Positions 26,222 to 40,575 of a DNA stretch of 64,000 bases are shown piece after piece. The stretch is from Eutreptiella sp. 'Long Island Sound 2002'. Lineage: Eukaryota; Protista; Euglenida. Made by a program: the position numbers and the translations under genes. The stretch covers positions 30,814,001 to 30,878,000 of the forward strand of contig OZ038378.1 in assembly GCA_964036045.1 (NCBI GenBank), written 5' to 3'. Positions within the stretch are counted from its first letter, which is position 1. Each line of letters opens with the position of its first letter. The notes beneath the pieces were generated by a model. The model was given only the letters and a program-made list of their open reading frames with translations, was not told where the DNA came from and did not search any database.

Positions 26222-26550
26222 TTACGCCTCAGCCTTCCCATTTTCAGCCGCAGCGTCCGTCATCTCCGTGTCGGGTTCTGCGGCTGGAGCCTCCTCAGCA
26301 GCAGCCTCTTCAGCAACAGCCTCTTCCTCGGTGGCAGGGGCAGCCTCTTCCTCAGCAGCACCCTCTTCTGCTGGCCCGTCCTCTTTGGTTCCCTCGCCTT
26401 CCTCTGCCATGATTTCATCGTCCTTCTTCTTCTCAGCAGGGGGCTCCGGTTTAGGTTCAGGAGGCAAATCAATATGCTTTTCTTCAACCACTGTGTAACT
26501 GGCCAACCGACGGTAAAACAGTGGTGTGTTGCTTCGGTCAGCTTGCACAC
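26222..26550 (-). pseudogene. Captured host exon encoding an acidic Glu/Ala-rich terminal peptide (..SYTVVEEKHIDLPPEPKPEPPAEKKKDDEIMAEEG..EA*); second copy at 52590-52875
   Basis: Open Glu/Ala-biased frame in both copies, preceded by pyrimidine-rich AG acceptors (tttcacag at ~26550; ttttcatag at 52876). Confidence 0.55.
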
Positions 26551-26859
26551 CTGTGAAAGCAAACAATGCATCGACACAAAACGACAAATGATGCATGGGC
26601 AAAGCAATTCACCAGAACCCATGGTAATTTGTTAGTTGAACGACTCCGACGGCCCACTGGGAGACATTTGAAACAAACGCACGACAAACGATGGAGGGCA
26701 TGTTGTGCAGAGAGGTTCAGGGTACCAAACAATGTTGTGCAGAGGTTCGGAAAAGGCTGAATTTTAAAAACATTCTATTGCCTTTGGCAAGACCACCTCA
26801 CAGAGAATCCACCACCAGCAATGCACTGTGTTCAACCCTGAAAAAAGAAAACCGTCTTT

Positions 26860-27250
26860 ATGCGTACGTTGCTGAGCAAGCAAGCAAGCTGAGCAAACGG
26901 CGAAAGAAAGTGCGGTGAAACCAGCACGCACAGTTTTCAGAACACACTGTTTGTTCGATACCTGCGGCCGCGCATCACAAAGGCAGTATCAAACCACGAT
27001 GTCGTTGCGAACGTTGCTGCTGACGGCTGTCATACCTCGTTTCACAGGCAGGCGCTTCAGCGGGGCAACACACCCAGGGACACACACAGGACATACCACT
27101 CTGGGATCTGCCGCTGTTGGCATCTTCCACAATTGGATCAGCATATCGTCCCCCACGGAACCAAGCTGAGCAAACGGCGAAAGAAAGTGCGGTGAAACCA
27201 GCACGCACAGTTTTCAGAACACACTGTTTGTTCGATACCTGCGGCCGCGC
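26860..27250 (-). repeat. 277-bp repeat family carrying a putative 69-bp symmetric exon (WFRGG(R/G)YADPIVEDANSGRSQS); partial tandems at 26860-27250, 27440-27850 and 28830-29230, and 2.5 copies at 63300-64000
   Basis: Period of 277 bp (63389/63666). Acceptor ttctttcgccgtttgctcag|CTTGG at 63580/63579 and donor AGTG|gtatgt at 63511/63510. Confidence 0.7.
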
Positions 27251-27276
27251 ATCACAAAGGCAGCCTACCAGAACGA

Positions 27277-30040
27277 GAACTGTGTTGTGCAGAGAGGTTC
27301 AGGGTACCAAACAATGTTGTGCAGAGGTTCGGAAAAGGCTGAATTTTAAAAACATTCTATTGCCTTTGGCAAGACCACCTCACAGAGAATCCACCACCAG
27401 CAATGCACTGTGTTCAACCCTGAAAAGAAAAAACCGTCTTTATGCGTACGTTGCTGAGCAAGCAAGCAAGCTGAGCAAACGGCGAAAGAAAGTGCGGTGA
27501 AAACAGCACGCACAGTTTTCAGAACACACTGTTTGTTCGATACCTGCGGCCGCGCATCACAAAGGCAGTATCAAACCACGACGTCGTTGCGAACGTTGCT
27601 GCTGACGGCTGTCATACCTCGTTTCACAGGCAGGCGCTTCAGCGGGGCAACACACCCAGGGACACACACAGGACATACCACTCTGGGATCTGCCGCTGTT
27701 GGCATCTTCCACAATTGGATCAGCATATCATCCCCCACGGAACCAAGCTGAGCAAACGGCGAAAGAAAGTGCGGTGAAACCAGCACGCACAGTTTTCAGA
27801 ACACACTGTTTGTTCGATACCTGCGGCCGCGCATCACAAAGGCAGCCTACCAGAACGAGAACTGCGTTATGCTCATGATCGCTCTCGACGTCAAAACGAC
27901 GGCAAGTCGCCGGCTCAAGCTGGGAACAATACAAGTCGAAACAACACCTGATCATCTGTCATGCACAGTAGTCTTCGAGTTTTTCAACACGTCCGACGTT
28001 TCTTTCAGCGCGGCCAATAGTTCGTCGTTGGTTTTGAGGCACCTCTGGTCTCTTCTTCATCTCCTCTTCATCCATGTCCTTTTCTTCCTCCTCCAACTGC
28101 TTCTTTTCCTCTTCCTTGGCCTTTTGCTCCTCTTCAACCTTTTTGGCAAGCTCAACATTTCGATTACAATCACTGTTACAAAGGGGGTAGAAAAAATGGT
28201 TTTCAACATGTGTTACATGTTTGTTTTTCCTTAATTGTTCATTCTAACCAAATCAAAATCTAAATCAAAAAATCTTCACCGAGTGACGTGTTGCCCGCCA
28301 TAGCATGCATCATCAGTCACTGTCATCATTTGACGGCATTACTACCTATCAAGTGCATTTGAACGCTTGACCGGGCGGTTTGCGGACCGGCCGGATCCGT
28401 TACCGCCTGCAGCAATACCTTAAATGCTACGCACAGTATCAGTATTCGAAAAACAAAAGTACATTTACGAATCTAAAATTCCCAGACATCGCATTTGCAA
28501 ATCCAAAACTCATTTGCGAATCCAAAATTTCCACAGGCAGCACGCGCGCACGCCAGCAGCAGCGTGCACAATTGGGAGGATTTTTTGGGTATGACGAACG
28601 ACGACGACGAACGAACGAACGAACGAACGAACGTCCATACCACAATTAAATATATTAAGAACTGTGTTGTGCAGAGAGGTTCAGGGTACCAAACAATGTT
28701 GTGCAGAGGTTCGGAAAAGGCTGAATTTTAAAAACATTCTATTGCCTTTGGCAAGACCACCTCAGAGAGAATCCACCACCAGCAATGCACTGTGTTCAAC
28801 CCTGAAAAAAGAAAACCGTCTTTATGCGTACGTTGCTGAGCAAGCAAGCAAGCTGAGCAAACGGCGAAAGAAAGTGCGGTGAAACCAGCACGCACAGTTT
28901 TCAGAACACACTGTTTGTTCGATACCTGCGGCCGCGCATCACAAAGGCAGTATCAAACCACGACGTCGTTGCGAACGTTGCTGCTGACGGCTGTCATACC
29001 TCGTTTCACAGGCAGGCGCTTCAGCGGGGCAACACACCCAGGGACACACACAGGACATACCACTCTGGGATCTGCCGCTGTTGGCATCTTCCACAATTGG
29101 ATCAGCATATCATCCCCCACGGAACCAAGCTGAGCAAACGGCGAAAGAAAGTGCGGTGAAACCAGCACGCACAGTTTTCAGAACACACTGTTTGTTCGAT
29201 ACCTGCGGCCGCGCATCACAAAGGCAGCCTACCAGAACGAGAACTGCGTTATGCTCATGATCGCTCTCGACGTCAAAACGACGGCAAGTCGCCGGCTCAA
29301 GCTGCGAACAATACAAGTCGAAACAACACCTGATCATCTGTCATGCACAGTAGTCTTCGAGTTTTTCAACACGTCCGACGTTTCTTTCAGCGCGGCCAAT
29401 AGTTCGTCGTTGGTTTTGAGGCACCTCTGTTCTCTTCTTCATCTCCTCTTCATCCATGTCCTTTTCTTCCTCCTCCAACTGCTTCTTTTCCTCTTCCTTG
29501 GCCTTTTGCTCCTCTTCAACCTTTTTGGCAAGCTCAACATTTCGATTACAATCACTGTTACAAAGGAGGTAGAAAAAATGGTTTTCAACATGTGTTACAT
29601 GTTTGTTTTTCCTTAATTGTTCATTCTAACCAAATCAAAATCTAAATCAAAAAATCTTCACCGAGTGACGTGCTGCCCGCCATAGCATGCATCATCAGTC
29701 ACTGTCATCATTTGACGGCATTACTACCTATCAAGTGCATTTGAACGCTTGACCGGGCGGTTTGCGGACCGGCCGGATCCGTTACCGCCTGCAGCAATAC
29801 CCTAAATGCTACGCACAGTATCAGTATTCGAAAAACAAGAGTACATTTACGAATCTAAAATTCCCAGACATCGCATTTGCAAATCCAAAACTCATTTGCG
29901 AATCCAAAATTTCCACAGGCAGCACGCGCGCACGCCAGCAGCAGCGTGCACAATTGGGAGGATTTTTTGGGTATGACGAACGACGACGACGAACGAACGA
30001 ACGAACGAACGGACGGACGTCCATACCACAATTAAATCTG
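27277..30040 (+). repeat. 1382-bp tandem duplication of the 5' end of Helitron copy 1
   Basis: Features offset by exactly 1382 bp (27497/28879, 27869/29251, 27280/28662), with AGAACTG microhomology at the junction. The unit includes a Lys/Glu-rich putative exon at ~27950-28170 (minus strand: ELAKKVEEEQKAKEEEKKQLEEEEK). Confidence 0.92.
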
Positions 30041-30044
30041 TTAA

Positions 30045-33000
30045 CTAGTGCGAATGCCCGCGCTTGAAGCGCGGGCCATATCACCATATCACCATAGCAC
30101 CATATCTCACACCGCACCGCATTTCGCAAACCCAATACAACACACCTCATGTCCCGTACCTCATATCCCGTGCCACCTGACTCATGTCTCAAACGTCATA
30201 TCCCGTACTCCATGAGTGAAATTTACCCCTTCTAAACTGTACTCTGACACCACATTTGACACCGCGATTCGCATAATCCATATTTCCAAACACATCACCC
30301 ATACCTCACACTGTGTACAACATACCGCATATCCCATACCTCGTATCCCGTACCTCATGACTCATGTCTCAAACCTCATATCCCGTACTCTATCAAACAT
30401 CATATCCCGTGCTCTATGAGTGAAATATACCCCTCCTAAACTTTACTGTGACACCACATTTGACACCGCGATTCGCATAATCCATATTTCCAAACACATC
30501 ACCCATACCTCACACTGTGTACAACATACCGCATATCCCGTACCTCGTATCCCGTACCTCATGACTCATGTCTCAAACCTCATATCCTGTACTCTATAAG
30601 CGAGAGCGCCACTGCTGCCTGTTGGCTAAAATCGCCAAAAGTCAACAGGCGGGATTATTCGTGCAGGTACCCGGATGATCGATTGTGCAGTACATACAGA
30701 TTTTTAAAACACGTGATTCCATGATTTCAGATCGATTTGTCGTGCCAGAAATCGAAACCGCAAATCCGCCAGATGCCATTTGACGGGCACGCGCGCGCGC
30801 CAGCAGCAGCGAGCACAATTGGGAGGATTTTTTGGGTATGACGAACTACGACGAACGACGACGAACGAACGAACGTCCATACGACAATTAAATATATTAA
30901 GAGAGCCTAGTGCGAATGCCCGCGCTTGAAGCGCGGGCCATATCACCGTATCACCATAGCACCATATCTCACACTGCACCGCATTTCACATACCCAATAC
31001 AACACACCTAATGTCCCGTACCTCATATCCCGTGCCACATGACTCATGTCTCAAACATCATATCCCGTACTCTATTAGTGAAACTTACCCCTCCTAAACT
31101 GTACTCTGACACCACATTTGACACCGCAATTCGCATAATCCATATTTCCAAACACATCACCCATACCTCACACTGTGTACAACATACCGCATATCCCGTA
31201 CCTCGTATCCCGTACCTCATGACTCATGTCTCAAACCTCATATCCCGGACTCTATCAAACATCATATCCCGTACTCTATGAGTGAAATATACCCCTCCTA
31301 AGCTGTACTCTGACACCACATTTGACACCGCGATTCGCATATTCCATATTTCCAAGCACATCACCCATGCCTCACACTGTGTACAACATACCGCATATCC
31401 CGTACCTCGTATCCCGTACCTCATGACTCATGTCTCAAACCTCATATCCCGTACTCTATAAGCGAGAGCGCCACTGCTGCGTGTTGGCTAAAATCGCCAA
31501 AAGTCAACAGGCGGGATTATTCGTGCAGATACCCGGATAATCGATTGTGCAGTACATACAGTTTTTCAAAACACATGATTCCATGATTTCAGATCGATTT
31601 CTCGTGCCAGAAATCGAAATCGCAAATCCGCCAGATGCCATTTGACGGGCACGCGCGCGCGCCAGCAGGAGCGTGCACAATTGGGCGGATTTTTTGGGTA
31701 TGACGAACGACGACGACAAACGACGACGACAAACGACGAACCATAGCACAATTAAATATAACTAGTGCGAATGCCCGCGCTTGAAGCGCGGGCCATATCA
31801 CCATATTACCATAGCACCATATCTCACACCGCACCGCATTTCGCATACCCAATACAACACACCTAATGTCCCGTACCTCATATATCCCGTGCTACCTGAC
31901 TCATGTCTCAAACATCATATCCCGTACTCTATGAGTGAAACCTACCCCTCCTAAACTGTACTCTAACACCACATTTGACACCGCGATTCGCATAATCCAT
32001 ATTTCCAAACACATCACCCATACCTCACACTGTGTACAACATACCGCATATCCCGTACCTCGTATCCCGTACCTCATGACTCATGTCTCAAACCTCATAT
32101 CCCGTACTGTATAAGCGAGAGAACTGTCGCCACTGCTGCCTGTTGGCTAAAATCGCCAAAAGTCAACAGGCGGGATTATTCGTGCAGATACCCGGATAAT
32201 CGACTGTACAGTACATTCAGATTACATGAATCCATGATTTCAGATCGATTTCTCGTGCCAGAAATCGAAATCGCAAATCCGCCAGATGCCATTTGACGGG
32301 CACGCGCGCGCGCCAGCAGCAGCGTGCACGATTGGAAGGATTTTTTGGGTATGACGAACGACGACGACAAACGACGACGACGAACGACGACGAACCATAG
32401 CACAATTAAATATAATAACTAGTGCGAATGCCCGCGCTTGAAGCGCGGGCCATATCACCGTATCACTATAGCACCATATCTCACAATGCAGCGCATTTCA
32501 CATACCCAATACAACACACCTCATGTCCCGTACCTCATATCCCGTGCCACATGACTCATGTCTCCAACATCATATCCCGTACTCTATGAGTTAAACTTAC
32601 CCCTCCTAAACTGTACTCTGACACCACATTTGGCACCGCAATTCGCATAATCCATATTTCCAAACACATCACCCATACCTCACACTGTGTACAACATACC
32701 GCATATCCCGTACCTCGTATCCCGTACCTCACTCAAACATCATATCCCGTACTCTATGAGTGAAATATACCCCTCCTAAACTGTACTCTGACACCACATT
32801 TGACACCGCGATTCGCATAATCCATATTTCCAAACACATCACCCATACCTCACACTGTGTACAACATACCGCATATCCCGTACCTCGTATCCCGTACCTC
32901 ATGACTCATGTCTCAAACCTCATATCCCGTACTATATAAGCAACAGAACTGTCGCCACTGCTGCCTGTTGCCTAAAATCGCCAAAAGTCAACAGGCGGGA

Positions 33001-34343
33001 TGATTCGTGCGGATACCCGGGTAATCGATTATACAGTACATACAGATTTTTAAACCACGTGATTCCATGATTTCAGATCGATTTCTCGTGCCAGAAATCG
33101 AAATCGCAAATCCGCCAGATGCCATTTGACGGGCACGCGCGCGCGCCAGCAGGAGCGTGCACAATTGGGCGGATTTTTTGGGTATGACGAACTACGACGA
33201 CGAACGAACGAACGAACGAACGTCCATAGCACAATTAAATATAATAAGATAACTAGTGCGAATGCCCGCGCTTGACGCGCCCGCCATATCACCTTATCAC
33301 CATAGCACCATATCTCACACCGCACCGCATTTCGCAAACCCAATACAACACACCTCATGTCCCGTACCTCATATCCCGTGCCACATGACTCATGTCTCAA
33401 ACATCATATCCCGTACACTATGAGTATAATGTACCCCTCCTAAACTGTACTCTGACACCACATTGCACACCGCGATTCGCATAATCCATATTTCCAAACA
33501 CATCACCCATGCCTCACACTGTGTACAACATACCGCATATCCCGTACCTCGTATCCCGTACCTCATGACTCATGTCTCAAACCTCATATCCCGTACTCTA
33601 TGAGTGAAATATACCCCGGCTAAACTGTACTCTGACACCACATTTGACACCGCGATTCCCATAATCCATATTTCGAAACACATCACCCATACCTCACACC
33701 GTGTACAACATACCGCATATCCCGTACCGGGTATCCCGTACCTCATGACTCATGTCTCAAACCTCATATCCCGTACTCTATAAGCGAGAGAACTGTACTC
33801 TATGAGTGACATTTACCCCTCCTAATGACTCATGTCTCAAACATCATATCCCGTACACCAAGAGTGAAATTTACCCCTCCTAAACTGTACTCTGACACCA
33901 CATTTGACACCGCGATTCCCATAATCCATATTTACAAACACATCACCCATACCTCACACTGTGTACAACATACCGCATATCCCGTACCTCGTATCCCGTA
34001 CCTCATGACTCATGTCTCAAACCTCATATCCCGTACTCTATAAGCGAGAGACCTGTCGCCACTGCTGCCTGTTGGCTAAAATCGCCAAAAGTCAACAGGC
34101 GGGATTATTCGTGCCGATACCCGGATAATCGATTGTACAGTACATACGGATTTTTAAAACACATGACTCGATGATTTCAGATCGATTTGTCGTGCCAGAA
34201 ATCGAAATCGCAAATCCGCCAGATGCCATTTGACGGGCACGCGCGCGCGCCAGCAGCAGCGTGCACAATTGGGAGGATTTTTTGGGTATGACGAACGACG
34301 ACGAACGACGACGAACGATGAACCATAGCACAATTAAATATAA
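30045..34343 (-). mobile_element. Second tandem array of family-A mini-Helitrons (5 units)
   Basis: Hairpin+CTAG termini at 30045, 30907, 31762, 32419 and 33253; same unit architecture as 8348-15961. Confidence 0.88.
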
Positions 34344-35236
34344 CTAGTGTAAATGCCCGCGCTTGAAGCGCGGGCCGTACCGACAACAGGGCAGCTGTAC
34401 TCATGAATTTGGCCCCTTGGAGGAATCCGTACCTTTCGTTGAATGGAGTGTTGCAAATGGATTTTGACCACGTTGCAAAGTGCAACATCTATTAGGTGGG
34501 GGCAAAACACTTCTAATGGGCATTATCCTTTTTGCGGTAAAGTATTCGCTGTTTTCATGTTTGTAGCATTCTAGCTAACGAATTTTGAAAAAAAAAAGTA
34601 ATGAGGAACACAGTTTAAGGGCACCTCGTAACGCCGCCTCGTTCAATTGTAGTTGGAAGTTTTTGAGGCTTTGAAAATTGACGGGCTTATAGTAGCAAGC
34701 CATTGCTCTTTATGAGAACCTGAAAAGAATTATGACCAACGTCCTTACCCGAAGGGAATGAAGGTGTTTACCAGACACAATGTGGCAAATAATTGCGTTT
34801 GAAAATTGTTTTGCTATTTAATGGGACGAAACATATTTTCAGGCAAATAGACCCTTGACAATATTCACTTTGGAGGCAAGTTCACCCACACACCAACAGG
34901 AATACCAACGGACAATAGCTACATGAAAGTTGAATCTCGCATCATACAAGGTTCAAAGCGTTTGCCTACTTGCTGGCGTCGCCCCAAGCACATGTTCCTA
35001 AACTAACACGGCTTGTACGGCATAATGTACATTGTCAGCAGGTGCGCCGTTAGGGATAGAGGTTGACTTAGCACCAAAGTTGTGGTTAGGGTTAGGGCAA
35101 GGCTCAAGGTGAGGATTGGTTTCAAATATATGTAGAAAACGGTTGGTCTCAGATGTAAATGGAACGTGAACAAGACACACGCCGGTGTCGAGTGGAGCCA
35201 CACGTCATCCAGCAAGGCAACGGACGACGACCGAAA

Positions 35237-38200
35237 TCAAGAAAAAATTTCAGACCATACAATGTTCGGAGTGTTTGCTTCCTTAGTTACATCCCCCCAA
35301 GCACGTTCCCCTAAAATGACGCGAACGCCACGGCGTGAGGTAACCCGGGAAAAGCCAACATATAGCTGTCCATGGGCAAAAACAGGATTCTCCAAGAGCA
35401 ACCCCAACCTTTCAAACGACTGCCCTTGGGAACGATTAATCGTCAAGGCGAAAGCCAACTTTATTGGAAATTGTCGCCTGATAAATCTGATCGACAACAT
35501 TTCAGAATCACCACACGTCAAATTGATGCGTGGAATGAGCACAACGTTTCCTTTTCGGGGACCTGAGACAATTTCTGCTTGGATGTTGAAATCCAGGCAC
35601 TTTGTTACCAACAAGCGTGTTCCATTCATTAACCCCTCCGTACGGTTGAGATTGCGCAGTAGAATGATAGGGGCCCCCACCTTAAGCTTGAGCTCGCGAC
35701 GTGCCATGCCCGGAGGCTCAAGCTTGTTCAAGAGTTCCGGAGGATAGGTAGCTGCATCTTCTTGGCAATCGGCACCAAAAAACTCCGCACTATCATAAAG
35801 AAACTCCTCTCCTGGCGAGCTCTGCAGCGCCGCTTCGTTGATAGCGTTGGTTTCTTGATTTCGGGGTGCCAGGATACAACCAGACATAAATTCCTCCTTG
35901 CTCATGGTTGGAAAGACGTGGCCAGGGGCCAGGGGTCATCGCTTGGGATCAACATGTCTTCTGGTATGGGCAACGGATTGTCGATGGTGTCCTCTCCAAC
36001 AGATAGCAACCAGCGTGCAAACTCACGGGTCTCGTCATCGTCAACTTGAGAAGTGCCTCGCACCCGAATATTGGTCGTCAATTCGAGTGTTTTGAAATAG
36101 GGCCAGAGGTAGGATTTCTTGAGGGTAGCTGCTATCACGGCCGCTCGAGAGCCACAAGGTACAACAGGCAAAATTTGCCTCCAATCCCCCGTCATGACGA
36201 CGGTCTTGCCCCCGAAGGGAACAAGTCGCAGTGCTTCATCATTGGCACCCATGATATCTTTGAGTAATTCATCCAATACACGGAAGCAATCGTTGTCTGC
36301 CATGGGAGCCTCATCCCACACAATGAGATGGGACTCATGAAGTTCCGCGGCACGTTTGCTCTCCACGGGAATGGATGATGTTCCGCCCTTTTGCGGCGAA
36401 ATACCAAAAGCTGAGTGTGCAGTTGAACCATCATCCAAAAGAAGAGAAGCGATGCCACTTGAGGCAACCGCAATCGCCCGTCGTCCCTGACTCCGTACAT
36501 AGGCCAACATTAAATTGTTCACGTAAGTCTTTCCGCAACCACCGCAACTCAAAAAAAAAAAGCACTTTGCGTCGTTGTTGTCCAAATGTGTACTCGCAGT
36601 GACGTGGTCGTAGATGTTGCGTTGCTGCTCTGTCAAGGTTCGCACACCATCCTCAACAACACGTCGCAAGTGTGCAACATCATACCCTTCATCGTGACCG
36701 CCAGGCTTATGGGACATTGCACTGGGCACTGGATATGGCATCGAAGGAAACGAGCGAAGAGAAAGTCCTTGCTTTTGCAGCATGCCCTCGACCCGCAATA
36801 GGGCTTCATTCACAACGTCGGCATGCGTTGGCTCGTTTTTTGCGCCAGGATGTGTGCGTTGCCAATTCCAACGAATGTCGCTGATCAACCCTTCCTCGTA
36901 CTTTAACCACAGCTTGTAGGGATCTTTTCGGGAGTTGTACTCCAAGATGGTGCAAAAAAGAAGTCGTAGTCGGCCGGATTTGTAGTACATTTTTGCCTCG
37001 TTCAGACATTGTTCCCACTCGGTGTCATCTTCTAGAAGGCCGCGACGTACGCATGCTTCTTGAAAAGTGGCACATAGGTTGCCGTTAACGGTACGCAAAT
37101 CTTGAAAAGAGGTTGCACCAGCAACATGGTGTAACAATAGTCGAAGAAAGTATACTTCGCCCGCATTCGGGAGCACAAAGTACATGCGACCAATTACCGT
37201 GTTTAGTCCCCTCTTCCGAATTTTCCATTGTTTGGTCTTTGCATCATACGTGAACCGCTCGGCATAGTCGGTGTACAGCAAGTGCTTACCGAAGGCATGA
37301 TCCGGCTTGGCGTTGGACTTCAACCAAGCGGTCAGTGGTGTGTCGGGGGGTCCATCTCCAACGATGTCAGTAAGATTTTGTTGGTCGTGCCATCGAACGT
37401 GCTGCTGGTTTTCTAAATGAACTGGTAGCCGCAATACCGCGGGAAATTGCTCATGTAAGTCAAATGCCAATAGTCTCCACACTCCTTCAGATGTGCAAAT
37501 GTACCGGCCCTCCACGAACTCCACAACTTCGTTGACTTGATCGTCTCGTAGGGTGGCGTCGCCCCGGTCAAACCCCTTGTAAATATACTCGTGCAAGTAT
37601 TTGATAGCCGCAAGTGAGGCACAGTACTCCACGTTGATGTGGCAAGCATATTTTCTGGCCAACGCACGCACATGTGGAACCACCCAACGATTATCAAGTT
37701 CATGCCCCCTGCATGTTATAGTGCGGCCGTTGTTGCGACGGCGATAAAGAGGATATCCATTCTCGCTGTTCGTGGTGACATCTTGAAATTCCTTCGGGTA
37801 CCGATTCTTACAATGTCCATCCTTCATGCATGCACAGTTCGGGTCGAGGGAACCGCATGGACCGTGCATGTAGCATTTTGCAATAATCTCGTACAGCTCC
37901 GGGTCCTCATCCTCGTCTGGAATCTCAGCACAAATGACGGAATCATAATCGTCAGGTGTGAGCAATTTGTAGCCGGCGGCAAAGATAACCAGGATATGTG
38001 CATGTGGTAGCCCGCGTTTTTGAAATTCGATGACATACATGTGGCCGACTGTGCGACCAAGACAGCCATCCTTCAGAAGGTCTTCTAACAAAGACTGCAG
38101 CTTCAGCTTGAAAACGCGGGTAATCAAATCGGGACGATCATTTGGTTTTTGTCCTGGCAGTAGAGCGGCCTCCACCTCCGGCCAATTGGGATTGGCTGTC

Positions 38201-40575
38201 ATGGTAATGAACAGGTCTGCCTTGGCCCGCTTGCTACAAATAGCAATCCCATCCTGAAAAGCGGCATGAAGAGCGCGCGGACTCCCGCCAAAAGGGCTGG
38301 GCAAAATTACCCGCTTTGCAACGGATGAAGCGTCGCGATCACCTTTTTTGGTGGCATCTTCAACACCCGAATACAAATGTGTGCGCAATTTGGACTGGTT
38401 CTTGGAGACATGTTGCAAGCGTTGAGATTCCACTTTGCAGTACTGGTCCACGATGTATTCTTCGTACAATTTTTGGCATCTTTGCAAATAATTTCCAGTG
38501 TACGATTCCGGACGTTGCATGAGGTAGAAGGCGGCAAAGTCTCGAGCTGTAACCGTCTGATGGCTTTTTGCCTTTGGGGCATTGCCTTGCTCTAAATTTT
38601 CGCATGCACCGCGCTGACGCCGATAAGTGACATTCAGGGGAATGTCAGTTGTCCAGCCTTGCTCACCGCGCGGAAAAAGGAGTACAAAGTGTACAGGATG
38701 GTAGGCAGAGTTCAGGTCGGTGATACGCTTGACCCCACCCCCATGCATGCGGACCGCAATGCTACGAGGAGCGGCGACATGACTGCCATCCGGAATGAAT
38801 GCTGCAATGTCGCTGACACGGGGAACATTGTAGGTGCGTGGGTCAACGTTGGCATTGCACCGCAGCAGGATGGTCACGTTGGGGACCTCAAGTTTAGCCG
38901 CGTGGTGAAAAACCTGTACATAGGCATTGTGTGTGTTCAGCATAGCTCCCAGTTGGCGGAGTAGATCCTCTCTCAGTTCCGATGACAGTGGAAGTCCTTG
39001 CCATGCCTTCAGTTGATCTTCGGTTTCCCAAATGTACACCTGTGCAAACCGGGGTGGTTGATTTTCTCCGGGCGTCAGGGGACCCATGCGGTGATACACA
39101 TTTCCAGACACCCGAAACTGGTGAGGGCCACCCGCCATTGGCCCTTTCTTGAACCGCATGTCGATATTTGCTTCAAGAGAGGCCATGGTGAAGGCTGAGT
39201 TGTACTTCCGAATGTTTTGCCGAAAATGGCGTCCCTGTCGCGTTTGCTCGGTCAATAGGGTTTTGAGCGGTTCCGGTGGATCAAGCAGAATGGGAAGTTT
39301 CACTTGTCCGCCACGGCAACAAATGGTAGGTCGCTCGGCACTCCAACGTAGAGCGTGACAATGTTCACACTCCACTTCCATGTTGTCAAGGACGTGGCGC
39401 TTGATGTGGGTAATATCCTCATCGGCCCTTGATCTAAACAAGCATTCCTGGCGCAACCTTTGCATTTCCAATGCATGAGCCCTCCGCGCTCGCCTTTGCT
39501 CATTGAGGTTGTCTTTGTTCTGCGCGTACACCTCTGGATATTGCACCCGTCTTTGCTCATTGATGTTGTCCTTGTCCGCCTCTTGATATCGCTCCCGTCT
39601 GTGCTCATTGATGTTGTCCTTGTCCGCCTCTTGATATCGCTGCCGTCTTTCCTCATTGACGTTGTCCTTGTCCACCTCTTGATATCGCTCCCGTCTTTGC
39701 TCATTGATGTTGTCCTTGTTCTGTGCGTACGCCTCTGGATATCGCTCCCGTCTTTGCTCATTGATGTTGTCCTTGTCCGCCTCTTGATATCGCTCCCGTC
39801 TGTGCTCATTGATGTTGTCCTTGTCCGCGTCTTGATATCGCTGCCGTCTGTGCTCATTGATGTTGTCCTTGTCCGCCTCTTGATATCGCTGCCGTCTGTG
39901 CTCATTGATGTTGTCCTTGTTTGCCTCTTGATATCGCTGCCGTCTTCGCGCATTGATGCTGTCCTTCTTTTGCGCGTACAGTTGTTTATATCGTTCTCGT
40001 CTTTGCTTATTGACTTCGTCCCTGACCTCTTGATATCGTTCGCGTCTTTGCTTATCGATTTCTTCCTTGCTTTTTGTGCATCGTGCTCGTTTTTCGGCGT
40101 GTCCATCATCGCTTCCCCCTGCATTTAGGTCCAAATGTGGTTCTCGTTGTCGCTTATTTCGTGCTTCTGCGCCATGCGTGTCCGCAGAAATGGGTTGTGC
40201 GATCACATTTGAAGATCCGAGTGCACGTGATGCACTGCTAGCCGGAGTGGATGGACTGGATGCGGTACAGCTTGTTGCCACAAGCGGTGACGGCAATGGG
40301 CCAGGTTGAACGTTTGAAGTGTGTACAGATGGAGGATTGGATGATATTGACGGCGAGGAAGCTTCATGCACGGCCGTAACTATCCCCGATTGCATCATTG
40401 CTGACATAAGATCCCTCCAAGCATAGTGGTCTTCTGCTTGCCAAAAGAAAAGACGATCCGTAATCCGCTTTTGAGTTGCATCCATCCAACGGTTGAAAAT
40501 GGGATAATAGTGCATATTGTGTTGCACGAAAGCATGCACTCTTTCCGCATCATGGTTGGATAATGTAGGCAACAT
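35237..40575 (-). CDS. RepHel: Helitron RepHel transposase, nearly intact (single frameshift at ~35915 in the helicase)
   Basis: The 1655-aa ORF 35902-40869 holds the Zn-finger, Rep motifs 1-3, Walker A SCGGCGKT, DEAPM, GDWRQILPV and LTTNIR. The C-terminal 222 aa are in another frame. Copy 1 gtggtttaccagtggccagggg versus copy 2 gtggccaggggccagggg is a net 4-bp loss. Confidence 0.93.

Larger units (their letters stand above)
15962..30044 (-). mobile_element. Large family-A Helitron, copy 1 (~14 kb, RepHel disabled, internal deletion relative to copy 2)
   Basis: 3' hairpin-CTAG at 15962; RepHel at 16852-22787; 5' end TTAACAGATTTAATTGTGG with (GTTC)n abutting the next CTAG at 30045. A duplicate 5' end, TCTTAATATATTTAATTG, lies at 28660. 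Collinear with 34344 onward. Confidence 0.88.
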
